64,000 nucleotides of DNA, taken from assembly GCA_963707915.1 (NCBI GenBank), contig OY970178.1, positions 416,001 to 480,000 of the forward strand, read 5' to 3'. This DNA comes from Candidatus Eiseniibacteriota bacterium. GTDB lineage: Bacteria > Eisenbacteria > RBG-16-71-46. The translations under genes and the position numbers were made by a program. Positions 41,804 through 53,400 of this stretch are shown here, in pieces (the first letter of the stretch is position 1; each line of letters begins with the position of its first letter). Under the pieces are notes generated by a model. That model was not told where the DNA came from, did no database searches, and saw nothing but the letters and a program-made list of their open reading frames with translations.

Positions 41804-43636
41804 TCATGGCCTGGCGCGGACCGTGCGGGCGATGACCCGCGCCTCGTCGATCGTACCGCCGGAGACCAGTTCGCCGGCCTTGCGCTCCGCGGTGTCGCGA
41901 TCCGAGAACGCTCCGACGATGACGGCGTACATCGTCACGCCTTCCCTGCGCAGGTCGGTGATCCGGCCGGTCAGCCCGCTCGCCCCGCTGATGCGCGCGA
42001 GTTCCGCCTCGGCCCGGGCACGGTCGAGGTAGGTCCCCACGGAGAGGCTGAACTCCTGGGTCGTGGGCGGCGTTGGCCGCGAAGCCGCGACGACGGGTTT
42101 GGCGACCGCGCCCGGCGCAGGCGTCACGACGGGCGCCGGCATCACCTCCGGTGCGCGGGCGGAGAGCAGCGTGTCGATCCCGGAGGCCGTTGCCCCGGAG
42201 GTGTCGGCCAGGGTGGAGTCGGCGACCTGCACCATGGCGGTCGAGTCGATCGACGCGATCGCCATGCTGTCGGCCAGCAGGTTCGCCGCGGACGGAGGCA
42301 CCGGCACCGCCGGCTTGGCCCAGGGTCCGAAACGGAACATGAGGATCGCCGCGATGGCGACCAGTGCGGCGATCGCGATCCCGATGAGCAGCTTGAACCC
42401 CAGGTTCGAGGGCTTCTTGGGCTCCTCGTCGCGCATGCGGTCGTACAGACGCGATGGCAGCGCGTCGGCGCGCGGCGCGTGCGGGCGTGCCGTCCGTTCG
42501 GCGGGCGACGGGACGCCGGGGGCCGGGGGCACGAGCGCGCTCTCGGCGGCGTAGCGCGTTCCCGGGCCGGCCGGTGGCGGCTGCGCCGGTGGTTCCGGGG
42601 CGCGCGGGACCTCGATCCTCGGCACCTCCTCCAGCGCCAGCGGGGGCGGTGCGGGCACCTCGGGCGTGGCGTTGGCGCTCGGCGGTGGCGCCGGCGCGGG
42701 CGATTCGACTGCCGGCGCGGGCGCTTCGACCGCGGGCGCCGGCGGGTGGGGCGCGGGCAGCGGCAAGGCCGAGGGCCACGCGGGGAGTGGCGCGAGCAGC
42801 GGCCCGGTCTCGCTCGCCGGGATCACGCCGTGGAAGGTGGCCTCCTGCGCGGCGGAGCGCACGTGCTGCGGGCTCACGCTGGCAACGCCCTCGACGTAGG
42901 CGTCGAGCATGGCCTGTGCGCAGATCTGGTTGATCTCGCGCGGGATGCCGTGCGTGACGGCGTGGACCTCGGCGCAGGTCTCCGACGGGAACAGGCGGGG
43001 CGCGTCGCCGCCGGCGACGGTGACGCGATGACGGATGTAGCGTTCGGTCTCTTCGAGGGTCAGCGGGCTCAGTCGGTAGTGCACGGGAATCCGCTGGCGC
43101 AACTGGCGCAACTCGGGCAGCGTGAGCTTGGCCTCGAGCTCCGGCTGGCCGACGAGGATGATCTGCAGCAGGTTCTCGCCGCCGGCCTCGAGGTTCGAGA
43201 ACAGCCGGATCTCCTCGAGCAGCTCGCGGTCGAAGTTCTGCGCCTCGTCGAGCAGCAGGATGGCGCGCTCGCCGCGTCCGCGCAGCGCGAGCAGGTGCTG
43301 CTCGAGCAGGGCCATGGCCTGCGGCTTCGAGGCGGGCTGCGGGACGCTGACCCCGAATCGCAGGCAGATCTCCTCGAGCAGTTCGCCCCGGGTCAGCGCG
43401 GAGTTGGTGATGAGCGCGACCGAGACCCGCGTCTGCAGCTCGACGACCGCCTCGAACAGGGCGGTCGTCTTGCCCGTGCCGACCTCGCCGGTGATGAGCA
43501 CGAACGGCTCGAGGTTGCCGATGCCGTAGCGCAGGTGGGCCAGCGCCTCCTGGTGCTCGTGACTGGGGTACACGAAACGCGACTGGTGGCCCGAGGCGAA
43601 CGGGTTCTCGCGCAGCCCGAAATGACTCTCGAACAT
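41804..43636 (-). CDS. ExeA/GspA-family AAA ATPase with Pro-rich linker, TM helix and C-terminal SPOR domain
   Basis: FGLRENPF, GEVGTGKT, LLLDEAQ, LVGQPEL, GIPREIN; SPOR-like C-terminus. Confidence 0.88.
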   Translation of the reverse strand: MFESHFGLRENPFASGHQSRFVYPSHEHQEALAHLRYGIGNLEPFVLITGEVGTGKTTALFEAVVELQTRVSVALITNSALTRGELLEEICLRFGVSVPQPASKPQAMALLEQHLLALRGRGERAILLLDEAQNFDRELLEEIRLFSNLEAGGENLLQIILVGQPELEAKLTLPELRQLRQRIPVHYRLSPLTLEETERYIRHRVTVAGGDAPRLFPSETCAEVHAVTHGIPREINQICAQAMLDAYVEGVASVSPQHVRSAAQEATFHGVIPASETGPLLAPLPAWPSALPLPAPHPPAPAVEAPAPAVESPAPAPPPSANATPEVPAPPPLALEEVPRIEVPRAPEPPAQPPPAGPGTRYAAESALVPPAPGVPSPAERTARPHAPRADALPSRLYDRMRDEEPKKPSNLGFKLLIGIAIAALVAIAAILMFRFGPWAKPAVPVPPSAANLLADSMAIASIDSTAMVQVADSTLADTSGATASGIDTLLSARAPEVMPAPVVTPAPGAVAKPVVAASRPTPPTTQEFSLSVGTYLDRARAEAELARISGASGLTGRITDLRREGVTMYAVIVGAFSDRDTAERKAGELVSGGTIDEARVIARTVRARP

Positions 43637-43730
43637 GGGTCAGCTTCCTCGGGCGATGGAACGTGGAGACGAGCGTGCCGGCGCTGCGGTCATCGGCGGG
43701 GACTTCCGGGAGCTCGACATCGGACCGGGG

Positions 43731-44324
43731 TCAGCCCCGCTCCGCGGGCAGCAGGTCGTTCACGGTGAAGAGCGGGGTGAACGGGTAGCCGCGCTGCTGG
43801 AAGACCTGCGCGGCGCCCTGGTTGCGGTCCACCACCGAGACGATGCGCACCACCTGGGCCCGGTAGGACTCGACCGCCTCGACGGCGACCAGCGCGCTCT
43901 CGCCGCTGGTGATGAGGTCGTCGAGGACCGCCACGCGCTTGTGACCGGCGAGGTTGCCCTCGACCTGGCCGAGCGCGCCGTGGTCCTTGGGGGCGCGTCG
44001 CACGAGGAAGCCGTCCAGCGGACGGCCCGCCTGCAAGCTGTGAAGCATCAGGCCGGCGACGAGCGGGTCGGCACCCATGGTGAGCCCCCCGACGGCGGTG
44101 ATCCCTTCCGGCTCCAGCAACTCCCAGAACAGCCGCGAGATCAGCTGCAGCCCCTGCGGGTGGAGGCTGGTCTTGCGGACGTCGATGTAGTAGTTGGACG
44201 TGATCCCCGAGCTGAGCACGAACTCGCCGAAGCGCATGGAACGTTCGAGCAGCATCCGGCGGAGTTGGTCGCGGTCCGCACTCTCCAAGGCTCCCTCCGT
44301 GGGCAAGTTCGCAGCGTCGTCCAT
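43731..44324 (-). CDS. pyrE: Orotate phosphoribosyltransferase
   Basis: FGEFVLSSG.TSNYYID, GGLTMGADP, VLDDLITSG PRPP loop. Confidence 0.92.
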   Translation of the reverse strand: MDDAANLPTEGALESADRDQLRRMLLERSMRFGEFVLSSGITSNYYIDVRKTSLHPQGLQLISRLFWELLEPEGITAVGGLTMGADPLVAGLMLHSLQAGRPLDGFLVRRAPKDHGALGQVEGNLAGHKRVAVLDDLITSGESALVAVEAVESYRAQVVRIVSVVDRNQGAAQVFQQRGYPFTPLFTVNDLLPAERG

Positions 44325-44459
44325 TGGACGGCGGCCGAGTGTGCCCGCCGCCCCCGGCTGGCGTCAAGCGCGGGGCGGGTCGGCCGCAGACCCGCCTTGA
44401 CCGCGCTCCGAGGCGCTCCCTAGACTTCTGGGGGTGGCGTGGCCGGGCCCGCCCGTTCC

Positions 44460-47400
44460 ATGCGGGCGGCCGCGCGCCTTGTCGGGGTGACCGTGCGTTC
44501 TGCCGTCGCTGTCCTGATGCTGCTCACCCTGGTGGTCCCGCGGAGCGCGCGGGCCCTCGATCTGCCCGTGCGCGACCCGCGCCGCGAGTCGGTGAGCGGG
44601 CCGTCGTATGCGGCCGACCGCCTCGAGATCCGGCTGGCCCCCGCGGCGGCGCAGCGGGCGCGGGCCGCCCGCGCGACCGGGGCCGTGCCCGCGGGCGTCG
44701 TTCACCCGCGACTGGGGCTCGCAGCCCTCGACGCGGTGGCGGCCGGGTTGGGCGCCTGGTTCGAGCCCGAGTTCCGCGGCGAGACGCCGCCGCCGCCGGG
44801 CTCGGTGGATGCCGACTTCACGGCGTTCTACATCGCGCACCTGCCGGAGGGCGCGGACCTCGAGGGGGCGCTGGCGAGCCTGGCCGGCCTGGCCGACGTG
44901 CAGAGCGCTCAGCCCATCGCGGTGCTCCCGGTCAGCGCGGTGCCGAACGACTCGCTGTGGAGCGCCTCGTGGTGGCATGACCAGGTCGCGGGTCACTGCA
45001 TCCACGCGCCCCAGGCGTGGGACGTCACCACCGGCGACACGTCCGTGGTGGTGGCGATCCTCGACACCGGCGTGATCCCGTATCACCCGGACCTGGGCGG
45101 GACGGTCGCCGGGCTCCCCGGCCAGATCTGGACGAATTGGGCGGAGCGGGGCGGCGTGCCCGGGGTGGACGACGACGGCAACGGGTTCGTGGACGACACC
45201 TGGGGCTGGGACTTCGTGAACCTGGCGAGCGGCAGCTTCGTGTCGCCCTTCGAGGACTGGCGGGACCAGGACAACGACCCCAACGACTACGCCGGCCACG
45301 GCACGCAGGTGGCCGGGATCGTGGGCGCGCTGGCGGACAACGGCATCGGCGTGGCGGGCACCGCCTGGCGGGTGGCGCTCATGCCGCTGCGCATCGGCTG
45401 GGCGGAGAACGCCTACCCGCTCGGGTTGGTGGACATGTCCTTCGCGGCCCAGGCGGTGCGTTACGCCACGCGCATGCGGGCGGACGTGATCAATTGCTCC
45501 TTCGCGAGCCTCAACCAGAACGGGCTGGGCGTGGCGCTCGACGCCGCGATCGCGGCGGGCGTGACGGTGGTCGCCGCGTCCGGCAACAACGGCGCGCCGA
45601 ACTACATCGGCGCGCGCGGGGACGTCGTCGCGGTGGCCGCCACCGACCCGAGCGACCAGGTCGCGGCGTTCTCGAATCTCGGCAGCTGGGTGGACTTCGC
45701 GGCGCCGGGCGTGGGGATCTTCTCCACCTTCATCACCCGCGCGGTCCCGGCGAGCGACAGCCTGGGCTACCGCCAGCCGGCCTACAACGCCCCGGCGGGG
45801 CTCAGCGGCACGTCGTTCTCGGCGCCGCTCGCGGCGGGCGCGGCCGCGTTGCTCCAGGCCCGGCAGCGGCAGCTCGGACGGCGATCGCTGACGCCGCGGG
45901 GGGTGCAGCTCAGGCTGCGCGAGACGGCGGACGACATCTCGTCGCTGAACGGCTCCACCACGGGCTACGGCACCGGCCGGCTCAACGCGGCGCGGGCGCT
46001 GAGCGACCGGCTGACCTCGACCGCTTGGCGCGCCGCGAGCGCCACCGTCGGTCCGGACGTGCCGATCCCGCTCAGCGGTCCGGCCCGGAAGCTCGCCTGG
46101 GTGACGACGGCCACGCAGTTGCTGATCCAGGACTGGGTCACCGGCGACACGCTCGCCGTGGCCGACCTGGGGGCCGGCCCGGCGCGCCAACTGGCGGCCG
46201 CCGACATGGGTGGCGGCCACGGCGTGTGCCTCTTCGTCGGTATGCTGGACGGCACGCTGGCCGGGTTCGACACCACGGGCGCCGCGCTTCCCGGCTTCCC
46301 GGTGAGTCCCGACGAGATCTCGGTGCTGTCGGGCGGTCCGGCGCTGGGTGACATCGACGGCGACGGCGAGCTCGAGATCGTCTGCGGCCGGGACGACGGG
46401 CGACTCTTCGCCTGGCGGGCGGACGGGTCGGGCGTGCCGGGCTTCCCGGTGGTGACCGACGTCTCGGGGGTCAGCGCTCCGGTCGCGCTCGCCGACCTCG
46501 ACGGCCAGCCCGGGGAGGAGATCGTTGCGGCGGCGGTGGGTGGCGCGGTCTACGTCGTGAAAGGCAACGGGACGTTCGCGCCGGGCTGGCCGGTGACGCT
46601 CGACCCGCTCCCGAAGGCGCCGGTGGTGGCGGAGTTCGGTGGCGAGCCGGTCGTGCTGGTGGCGGCCGGCACGCAACTCGTCGGGCTGCGGCCGGACGGC
46701 AGCGAGCGCTGGCGCTGGTCGCTGGGCGCCAGCGTCGCGGGCGACCCCGCGCTGGGCGACCTCAACGGGGACGGGGCGGACGAGATCGTGCTGCCGGCCA
46801 CCGCACCCAACCAGGTGATCGTGCTGGACTCCACCGGGGTGGCGCCCGCCGGGCTGGGCTGGCCGTTCGCGCTGGCGGCCGCGCCGCAGGGCCCGCCGGT
46901 GCTGGGCCACCTCGAAGGCGGCGGGCCGCCGGGCGTGATGCTGATGCAAGCCGGCGGGCTCGTGGCGCTCAACGACAGCGCGAAGGTCCTGGGTCGCTTT
47001 CCCAAGCCCGGGGGCGCCGGGATGTCCCCGACGCTGGCGGACCTCGCCGGCGACGGCGCGACGAGGATCGCGGCCGGCTCGGGATCCGACCTGCTGCTGT
47101 ACGTCTACGACGCGGGCGCGGGCAGTTCGGCGGCCGCGCGGCAGACCTGGGCCACCGCGCGCGGCAACTTCGCCCGCACGGGCACCCCGGCCGACACGCT
47201 GCCGCCCGCCACGGTCGGCGACCTCGCGGCGGTGCGCTGCGCGCCGGACTCGGTGCGGCTGAGCTGGACGGCGCCCGGGGACGACGGCGGGACCGGCCGG
47301 GCGGTGGCCTACCGGCTGTGGGCCACGACGATGAGGTCGGCGATCGGGAGCGCGGACGCGGGCGCCGTGCGCCTGGCCGCACCTGCGCCGGGCGTGGCCG

Positions 47401-47816
47401 GATCGAGCGAAGTCGTCACCGTCCCGGCTCCGGAGCCCGGGGTGACGGCCTGGTACTGGTTGTTCGCCAACGACGAGGCGGGGAACGCCAGCGGTCGCTC
47501 GAATGTCGTCGGGTTCACCCAGCCGCTGGGCCCCGCGGGCCCGGACGGCCAGGCCGGACTCGCGTTGGAGGTGCGGCAGCGGCCGTCACGGGTGCCGGTC
47601 CTGCTGGCCTGGAGCGGTGCCAACGCCGAGGCCATCCGGCTCTACGACGTCTCGGGGCGGCTCGTGCGCACGCTGCGGCTCGCCCGGGGCGGGCATGACA
47701 CGGAGCCATGGGACGGCCGGGACGAGAGTGGAAGCCTCGTCCCGGCCGGTCTCTACTTCGCGCGTCTGACGGGTGGCCCCCAGCACGCTCAGGCGCGCAT
47801 CGTGTTCCTGCCCTGA
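44460..47816 (+). CDS. Secreted S8 subtilase with FG-GAP/VCBS repeats, FnIII-like domain and FlgD-Ig C-terminus
   Basis: LDTGV, GHGTQVAG, GTSFSAP; GDIDGDG repeats; YDVSGRLVRTL...WDG...GLYF; start uncertain. Confidence 0.88.
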   Translation: MRAAARLVGVTVRSAVAVLMLLTLVVPRSARALDLPVRDPRRESVSGPSYAADRLEIRLAPAAAQRARAARATGAVPAGVVHPRLGLAALDAVAAGLGAWFEPEFRGETPPPPGSVDADFTAFYIAHLPEGADLEGALASLAGLADVQSAQPIAVLPVSAVPNDSLWSASWWHDQVAGHCIHAPQAWDVTTGDTSVVVAILDTGVIPYHPDLGGTVAGLPGQIWTNWAERGGVPGVDDDGNGFVDDTWGWDFVNLASGSFVSPFEDWRDQDNDPNDYAGHGTQVAGIVGALADNGIGVAGTAWRVALMPLRIGWAENAYPLGLVDMSFAAQAVRYATRMRADVINCSFASLNQNGLGVALDAAIAAGVTVVAASGNNGAPNYIGARGDVVAVAATDPSDQVAAFSNLGSWVDFAAPGVGIFSTFITRAVPASDSLGYRQPAYNAPAGLSGTSFSAPLAAGAAALLQARQRQLGRRSLTPRGVQLRLRETADDISSLNGSTTGYGTGRLNAARALSDRLTSTAWRAASATVGPDVPIPLSGPARKLAWVTTATQLLIQDWVTGDTLAVADLGAGPARQLAAADMGGGHGVCLFVGMLDGTLAGFDTTGAALPGFPVSPDEISVLSGGPALGDIDGDGELEIVCGRDDGRLFAWRADGSGVPGFPVVTDVSGVSAPVALADLDGQPGEEIVAAAVGGAVYVVKGNGTFAPGWPVTLDPLPKAPVVAEFGGEPVVLVAAGTQLVGLRPDGSERWRWSLGASVAGDPALGDLNGDGADEIVLPATAPNQVIVLDSTGVAPAGLGWPFALAAAPQGPPVLGHLEGGGPPGVMLMQAGGLVALNDSAKVLGRFPKPGGAGMSPTLADLAGDGATRIAAGSGSDLLLYVYDAGAGSSAAARQTWATARGNFARTGTPADTLPPATVGDLAAVRCAPDSVRLSWTAPGDDGGTGRAVAYRLWATTMRSAIGSADAGAVRLAAPAPGVAGSSEVVTVPAPEPGVTAWYWLFANDEAGNASGRSNVVGFTQPLGPAGPDGQAGLALEVRQRPSRVPVLLAWSGANAEAIRLYDVSGRLVRTLRLARGGHDTEPWDGRDESGSLVPAGLYFARLTGGPQHAQARIVFLP

Positions 47817-47838
47817 GTCGCGGAGTCCGGGTGCCCGG

Positions 47839-48315
47839 TTACGGCCTGATCTTGAGGGTGATGCCGTCGCCGGGTTCGGGATCGCTCCCGAGCGGGGCGC
47901 CGACCGTGACCTCGATGGTCGCAGACCACGCGCTCTCCACCCCGGCGGTCGACGTCGCGCGCAGGCGGTAGTACTCGGTGTCCTGCGTCATCCGCGGGAG
48001 GACGTACTGCGTCGTGCCCGAGTCGGTCTGGCCGATGAGGACGTAGGCGCTCTCCAGGGCCGGGTCCGGCGAGTACTGGTAGACTTGGTAGCTGGCGACG
48101 TTCGCCGAGGAACTCGGGGTCCACTCGAGCGTGCCCCGGCTGGTCGCGCCGTTCCAGTCGCTGACGATCTGCGCCGGGACTGCCGGCGGAGCCTGGTCGA
48201 GCGCGGGAGCGGCGGCGTCGAGTCCCGTGGGGGACGTGTTCTTGCTGCAGCCGCTCAACATCGCGGCCAGCGTCAGCGCAAGCAGAATCGGAGCGACGTG
48301 CTTGAGGGACTTCAC
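47839..48315 (-). CDS. Small lipoprotein with FnIII-like domain
   Basis: Lipobox LSGC, GGAGG RBS, LEW...YQVY...YYRLRA. Confidence 0.8.
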   Translation of the reverse strand: MKSLKHVAPILLALTLAAMLSGCSKNTSPTGLDAAAPALDQAPPAVPAQIVSDWNGATSRGTLEWTPSSSANVASYQVYQYSPDPALESAYVLIGQTDSGTTQYVLPRMTQDTEYYRLRATSTAGVESAWSATIEVTVGAPLGSDPEPGDGITLKIRP

Positions 48316-48409
48316 GACCGGACCTCCTTGTGCGACAAGGTTGTTCCTGCTGGGGGGGACTCCCGAGCGGAGTCAGTCCACGCTTCCTGCCACAGGTTCG
48401 CGTTGCACG

Positions 48410-48425
48410 AGCAATCCGGGTGCCA
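48410..48425 (-). promoter_or_regulatory. Sigma54 (-24/-12) promoter
   Basis: Minus strand TGGCAC-CCGGA-TTGCT matches TGGCAC-N5-TTGCW, about 95 bp upstream of the lipoprotein gene. Confidence 0.7.
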
Positions 48426-48608
48426 ACCGGCCTCTGCGCTCGCCTGTCAGGGGATACCCGGCACGGGCCGGGCACGGTTGGGGGGGGAGGGTATGCAAAG
48501 CCCAAGGACCGGCGCCGCGAAGGATGCGGAATGCAACGGGGCTTTCTCGGGAGCCGGGGCACGGCGGGTGGATTCGCGTGCGCGCGCCCTTCGTGGTGGA
48601 GTAGCGCC

Positions 48609-50423
48609 ATGAGGCGCGCTGGCGGTGCGGAGGCGGGGAGGGCGCGCGCGTCCGTGGCGCTGGGCGTCCTGCTCTGCTGCGTCTGCGCCGCCGGGGACGG
48701 GCTCGCCGCCCAGGCGCCGGACACCTCCCGGGCACAGGTGAGCGCGCCCCGGTACTTCCCGCCGCTGGATCGCCCGCCGCTCGATCCTCCGCTGCGGCTC
48801 TCGGGCAGCTTCGGCGAGTACCGTCCCGGCCACTTCCACGCGGGGCTCGACTTCGCCACCGGGGAGCGTACCGGCCTGCCGGTCTATGCCTCCCTCGCCG
48901 GCCGCGTCGTGCGGGTCCGGGCCTCGGGGACCGGTTACGGCCGCTCGGTCTACCTCCAGTCGGACGACGGGCGGCTGCTGGTCTACGCGCACCTCGACGC
49001 GTTCGACGAGCCGCTGGCCTCGTACGTGTCGGCGGCGCAGGACTCGGCCGGCGAGTACGAACAGGACCTCTGGCCGGAGCCGGCGCGCTTCCCGGTGGAT
49101 TCCGGGCAGCGCCTGGGCTGGAGCGGCCGCAGCGGCACGGACGCGCCCCACCTGCACTTCGAGATCCGCCGCGGTGATGTCGCGTACAACCCCCTGCTGG
49201 CGGGCGTGAGCGTGGCGGACACGGTGGCGCCGCTCATCCCGCGGGTGGCGCTGGTGCCGGTGCGCTCGCGCGCCGACGCCTCGTGGGAGGGCCAGCCGGA
49301 GACGGTCGTGTGCACCGGGAAGGACACGGCGCTGATCACCGGTGAGGAGCGGCTCGTCGTCGAGGCGGTGGATGCGCGCGCCGATGGCCGGTTCACGATG
49401 GCGCCGTGGCGCATCGCGCTGGAGGGCGGCGGCATCGCCGTCGAGTGCCGCTTCGACAGCGTCTCCTGGGCCGAGGGGATGAGCGAGGTGGAGTTCGTCT
49501 ACGACCGCGGGCGCGCGCTGCCCGCCGGGCGCCACGCGGTCGTGCTCGGGGCGCCGCCCGGCTTCCGGCCGCACGTCCTGCGCGCCGGCGGGCCGATCGG
49601 GGCCGGGGCGGGGGGCGTGACGGTGCCATCGAGCGGCCGGCCCTTCACGGTGCGGCTGACCGCGCAGGACGTGGCGGGCAACGTGCGGACCGAGACGCTG
49701 GCGCTCGGGCCGGCGCCGGCCGGCGGGCGCGGCGCGACGGCGCCCCCGGGCACGTGGGTGGCGCCGGACTCGGCGGCGCAGGGCGGGATCGCGGGATTCG
49801 CCTGGAGCGTGACTGCGGGCACGCTGTTCGAGACCGTGCGCCTCTCGCTGGCCGACCTCGGGCACCCCGAGGCGCCGGAGGAACTCGAGGCCCGCAGCCA
49901 CGTGTTCGCACTGGGGCCGGCGCTGACGCCCCTGCGCGGGCCGATGCGCGTGGCGGTCGAGCCGCGCGGGGTGCGGCGCGGGCCGGCCGGGAGCGCGGAG
50001 ACGGCGGCGAGCGCGCTCTACCGCGATACCGGGAGCGGCTGGGAGATGCTGGGCGCGGACCGCGCGCTGCGGGCCGGCTGGATCGGCGCCGAGACGCGCG
50101 CGCTCGGGCGCTTCGCGCTGTTCCGCGACCGCAGCGCGCCGCGGGTGCGGCTCCTGCCGCCGGCGCGCGGAGCGGCGGCGGGACCGGGCGCGCGCTGGGC
50201 GCTCGAGGCGCGCGTCACCGAGGAGGGGAGCGGGGTGGACGCGCGCGCATCGGCGTTCGTCGTGGACGGGCGCCGGGTGCCGAGCGAATGGGACGCGGTC
50301 GAGGGCACGCTGCGCTGGCGGCCGGCGCGGAGGCCGTCGAGCGGGCGGCACGCGGTGGAGATCGTGGTCGCCGACCGGGCCGGAAACCTGCGCCGCCGGC
50401 ACGCGGACTTTGTGCTAGATTGA
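48609..50423 (+). CDS. M23 family metallopeptidase
   Basis: SFGEYRPGHFHAGLDF, YAHL, PHLHFEIR. Confidence 0.88.
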   Translation: MRRAGGAEAGRARASVALGVLLCCVCAAGDGLAAQAPDTSRAQVSAPRYFPPLDRPPLDPPLRLSGSFGEYRPGHFHAGLDFATGERTGLPVYASLAGRVVRVRASGTGYGRSVYLQSDDGRLLVYAHLDAFDEPLASYVSAAQDSAGEYEQDLWPEPARFPVDSGQRLGWSGRSGTDAPHLHFEIRRGDVAYNPLLAGVSVADTVAPLIPRVALVPVRSRADASWEGQPETVVCTGKDTALITGEERLVVEAVDARADGRFTMAPWRIALEGGGIAVECRFDSVSWAEGMSEVEFVYDRGRALPAGRHAVVLGAPPGFRPHVLRAGGPIGAGAGGVTVPSSGRPFTVRLTAQDVAGNVRTETLALGPAPAGGRGATAPPGTWVAPDSAAQGGIAGFAWSVTAGTLFETVRLSLADLGHPEAPEELEARSHVFALGPALTPLRGPMRVAVEPRGVRRGPAGSAETAASALYRDTGSGWEMLGADRALRAGWIGAETRALGRFALFRDRSAPRVRLLPPARGAAAGPGARWALEARVTEEGSGVDARASAFVVDGRRVPSEWDAVEGTLRWRPARRPSSGRHAVEIVVADRAGNLRRRHADFVLD

Positions 50424-50483
50424 GCGGCGAAGGGACTCGCGCGTGACCCGCGCGCCACGCATGACCCTCAGCCAGGGCGCGCA

Positions 50484-53400
50484 ATGAAGTTCGCCGAATT
50501 CGTCCACCTGCACAACCACAGCGACTACTCGCTGCTCGACGGCGCCATCACGGTCCAGGCGATGGTCGAGCGGGCGGCGCAGATGCACATGCCCGCGCTC
50601 GCCCTCACCGACCACGGCGCCATGTTCGGCGCGGTCGAGTTCTACCAGGCGGCGAGCAAGGCCGGGGTCAAGCCGATCGTCGGCATGGAGGCCTACGTCA
50701 CGCGCGGGCGGCGCACGGAGCGCACGCGCGAGACCGGGATGCACCACCTGGTCCTGCTGGCGCGCGACGAGACCGGCTTCCGCAACCTGATGCGGCTCTC
50801 CTCGCTCGCCTTCCTCGAGGGCTTCTACTACAAGCCCCGCGTGGACCACGAGCTCCTGGCGCAGCACTCGCAGGGGTTGCTGGCGCTCTCGGCCTGCCCG
50901 CAGGGCGAGGTGGCGGCCGACCTGCTGGCGGACGACGACGATGCGGCGGCGCGCACGGCGCTGCTCTACCGGGAGATGTTCGGCGCGGAGAACTACTTCC
51001 TCGAGATCATGAACCACGGGATCGAGATCGAGGACAAGATCCGCGGGAAGATGCGGGCGCTCTCCTCGCGCACCGGCATCCCGATGGTCGCGACCAACGA
51101 CAACCACTACCTGGAGCGCGACCACTGCGAGGCGCAGGAGGTCCTGCTCTGCATCCAGACCGGGAAGACGATGGACGACCCGAAACGGATGCGGAGCATC
51201 GAGAACCTGCACTTCCGCTCGCCCGAGGAGATGGCGCAGGCCTTCGCCGACTTCCCCGACGCGCTGCGCAACACGATCGCGGTGGCGGAGCGCTGCAACC
51301 TGCAGATGGCGTTCGGGCGGCCGCTGCTGCCGGCGTTCCCGCTGCCGCCGGGGGAGGGCAGCCCCGAGGAATACCTGCGCGGGCTCGCGTGGGCCGAGCT
51401 CGGGCCGCGCGTGCCCGAGGTCACGGAGGAGGTGCGCAAGCGCTTCGAGTACGAGCTCGACGTCATCTGCCGCATGGGCTTCGCCTCGTACTTCCTGATC
51501 GTGCGTGACTTCATCGCGTTCGCGCGCGCGCGCGGCATCGGCGTGGGGCCCGGGCGCGGCTCGGTCGCCGGCTCGCTGGTGGCCTACGCGCTCCACATCA
51601 CCGACATCAACCCGCTGGAGCACGGGCTCATCTTCGAGCGCTTCCTGAATCCCGAGCGCGTGACCATGCCCGACATCGACATCGACTTCGACGACCTGCG
51701 GCGCGGCGAGGTCATCGAGTACGTGAAACAGCGGTACGGCGAGGCGAACGTCACGCAGATCATCACCTTCGGCACCATGGGCGCGAAGGGCGTGCTGCGG
51801 GACGTCGGGCGCGCGCTGGGGATCGCCTTCGCGGACGTGGACCGGGTGGCGCGCATGGTGCCCGACGGGCTCGGGATGACGCTGGCGCGCGCGTTCGAGC
51901 TCTCGCCGGACCTCAAGAACCTGCCGCAGCGTGGCGAGCCGTACGCGCGGCTGCTCAAGAACGCGCGGGTGCTGGAGGGCATCGCCCGGCACGCCTCGAC
52001 GCACGCGGCGGGCGTGCTCATCACTCCGGGCGCGCTGCTCGACCACGTGCCGCTCTACCGGCAGAAGGACGAGTCGGTGACCACGCAGTGGGACATGAAG
52101 GCGGTCGAGAAGGTCGGCCTGCTGAAGATGGACTTCCTCGGACTGCGCACGCTCTCGGTGCTCGAGGAGGCGGTGCGGCTGATCGCCGAGAAGACCGGCG
52201 AGCGCCCCGACCTCTCCCGCCTGCCGCTGGACGACGCCCCGTCGTACGAGGTCTTCCAGAAGGCCGAGACGGTGGCGATCTTCCAGTTCGAGTCGGCCGG
52301 GATGCGCGACTACCTGCGCAAGCTCAAGCCCACGGTGTTCGAGGACCTGGTGGCGATGAACGCGCTCTACCGCCCCGGGCCGATGGAGAACATCCCGTAC
52401 TTCATCGACTGCAAGCACGGCCGGCAGGTGGTGCGCTACGAGCACCCAGCGCTCGAGCCGATCCTCCAGCGGACCTACGGTGTCTTCGTCTACCAGGAGC
52501 AGGTGATGGAGGCGGCCCACCGGCTCGCGGGCTTCTCGCTCGCCCAGGCGGACGAGCTGCGGCGGGCGATGGGCAAGAAGCTGATCGCCGAGATGGAGAA
52601 GAAGCAGAAGGCCTTCCTCGAGGGCTGCGCGAAGCACAGGATCCCCGCGCCGAAGGCGCTGAAGATCTTCCAGACCATGGAGAAGTTCGCGGGCTACGGC
52701 TTCAACGCCTCCCACAGCGCCGCCTACGCGCTGATCGCCTACCAGTGCGCGTGGCTCAAGGCGCACCACCCGGCGGAACTGATGGCCGCGACCCTGACCA
52801 GCGAGATGTCGGACTCCAGCCGGATCGTCACGCTCATCGCGGAGTGCCGCCACATGGGGATCGAGGTCCTGCCGCCCGACGTGAACCGGTCGCAGTGGCG
52901 CTTCTCGCTCGAGGACGGCAGCATCCGCATGGGCCTCGGCGCGGTGCGGAACGTGGGGCAGGCCGCCGTCGAGGGCCTGGTGGCGGCCCGCGAGCGGGCC
53001 GCCGGGCAGGACGCGGAAGCGGCGCCGGGCGGGCCGTTCCGCGACCTCTTCGACCTGGCGCAGCGCGTGGACATCCGCACGCTGAACCGCCGCGTGCTCG
53101 AGAGCCTGGTGGCGGCGGGCGCCTGCGACGGCCTGGGGGCCGAGCGCGGACGGATGTTCGCCGGCGCGGGCCGGGCGCTCGACCAGGCGGCGGCGCTGCA
53201 CCGCGACCGCGAGCGCGGGCAGTCCTCGCTGTTCGGCGACGAGGGCCGCTCGGTCGGGGTGGTGGCGGCCCCGGACCTGCCGGCTGCGCCGGCCTGGTCG
53301 AGCCGCGAGCGGAGCGCCCGGGAGAAGGAGGTGCTGGGCCTGTACCTCTCGGAGCACCCGCTCGAGCCGTTGCGGGCCGAGCTCGGGCGGCTCGCCACCC

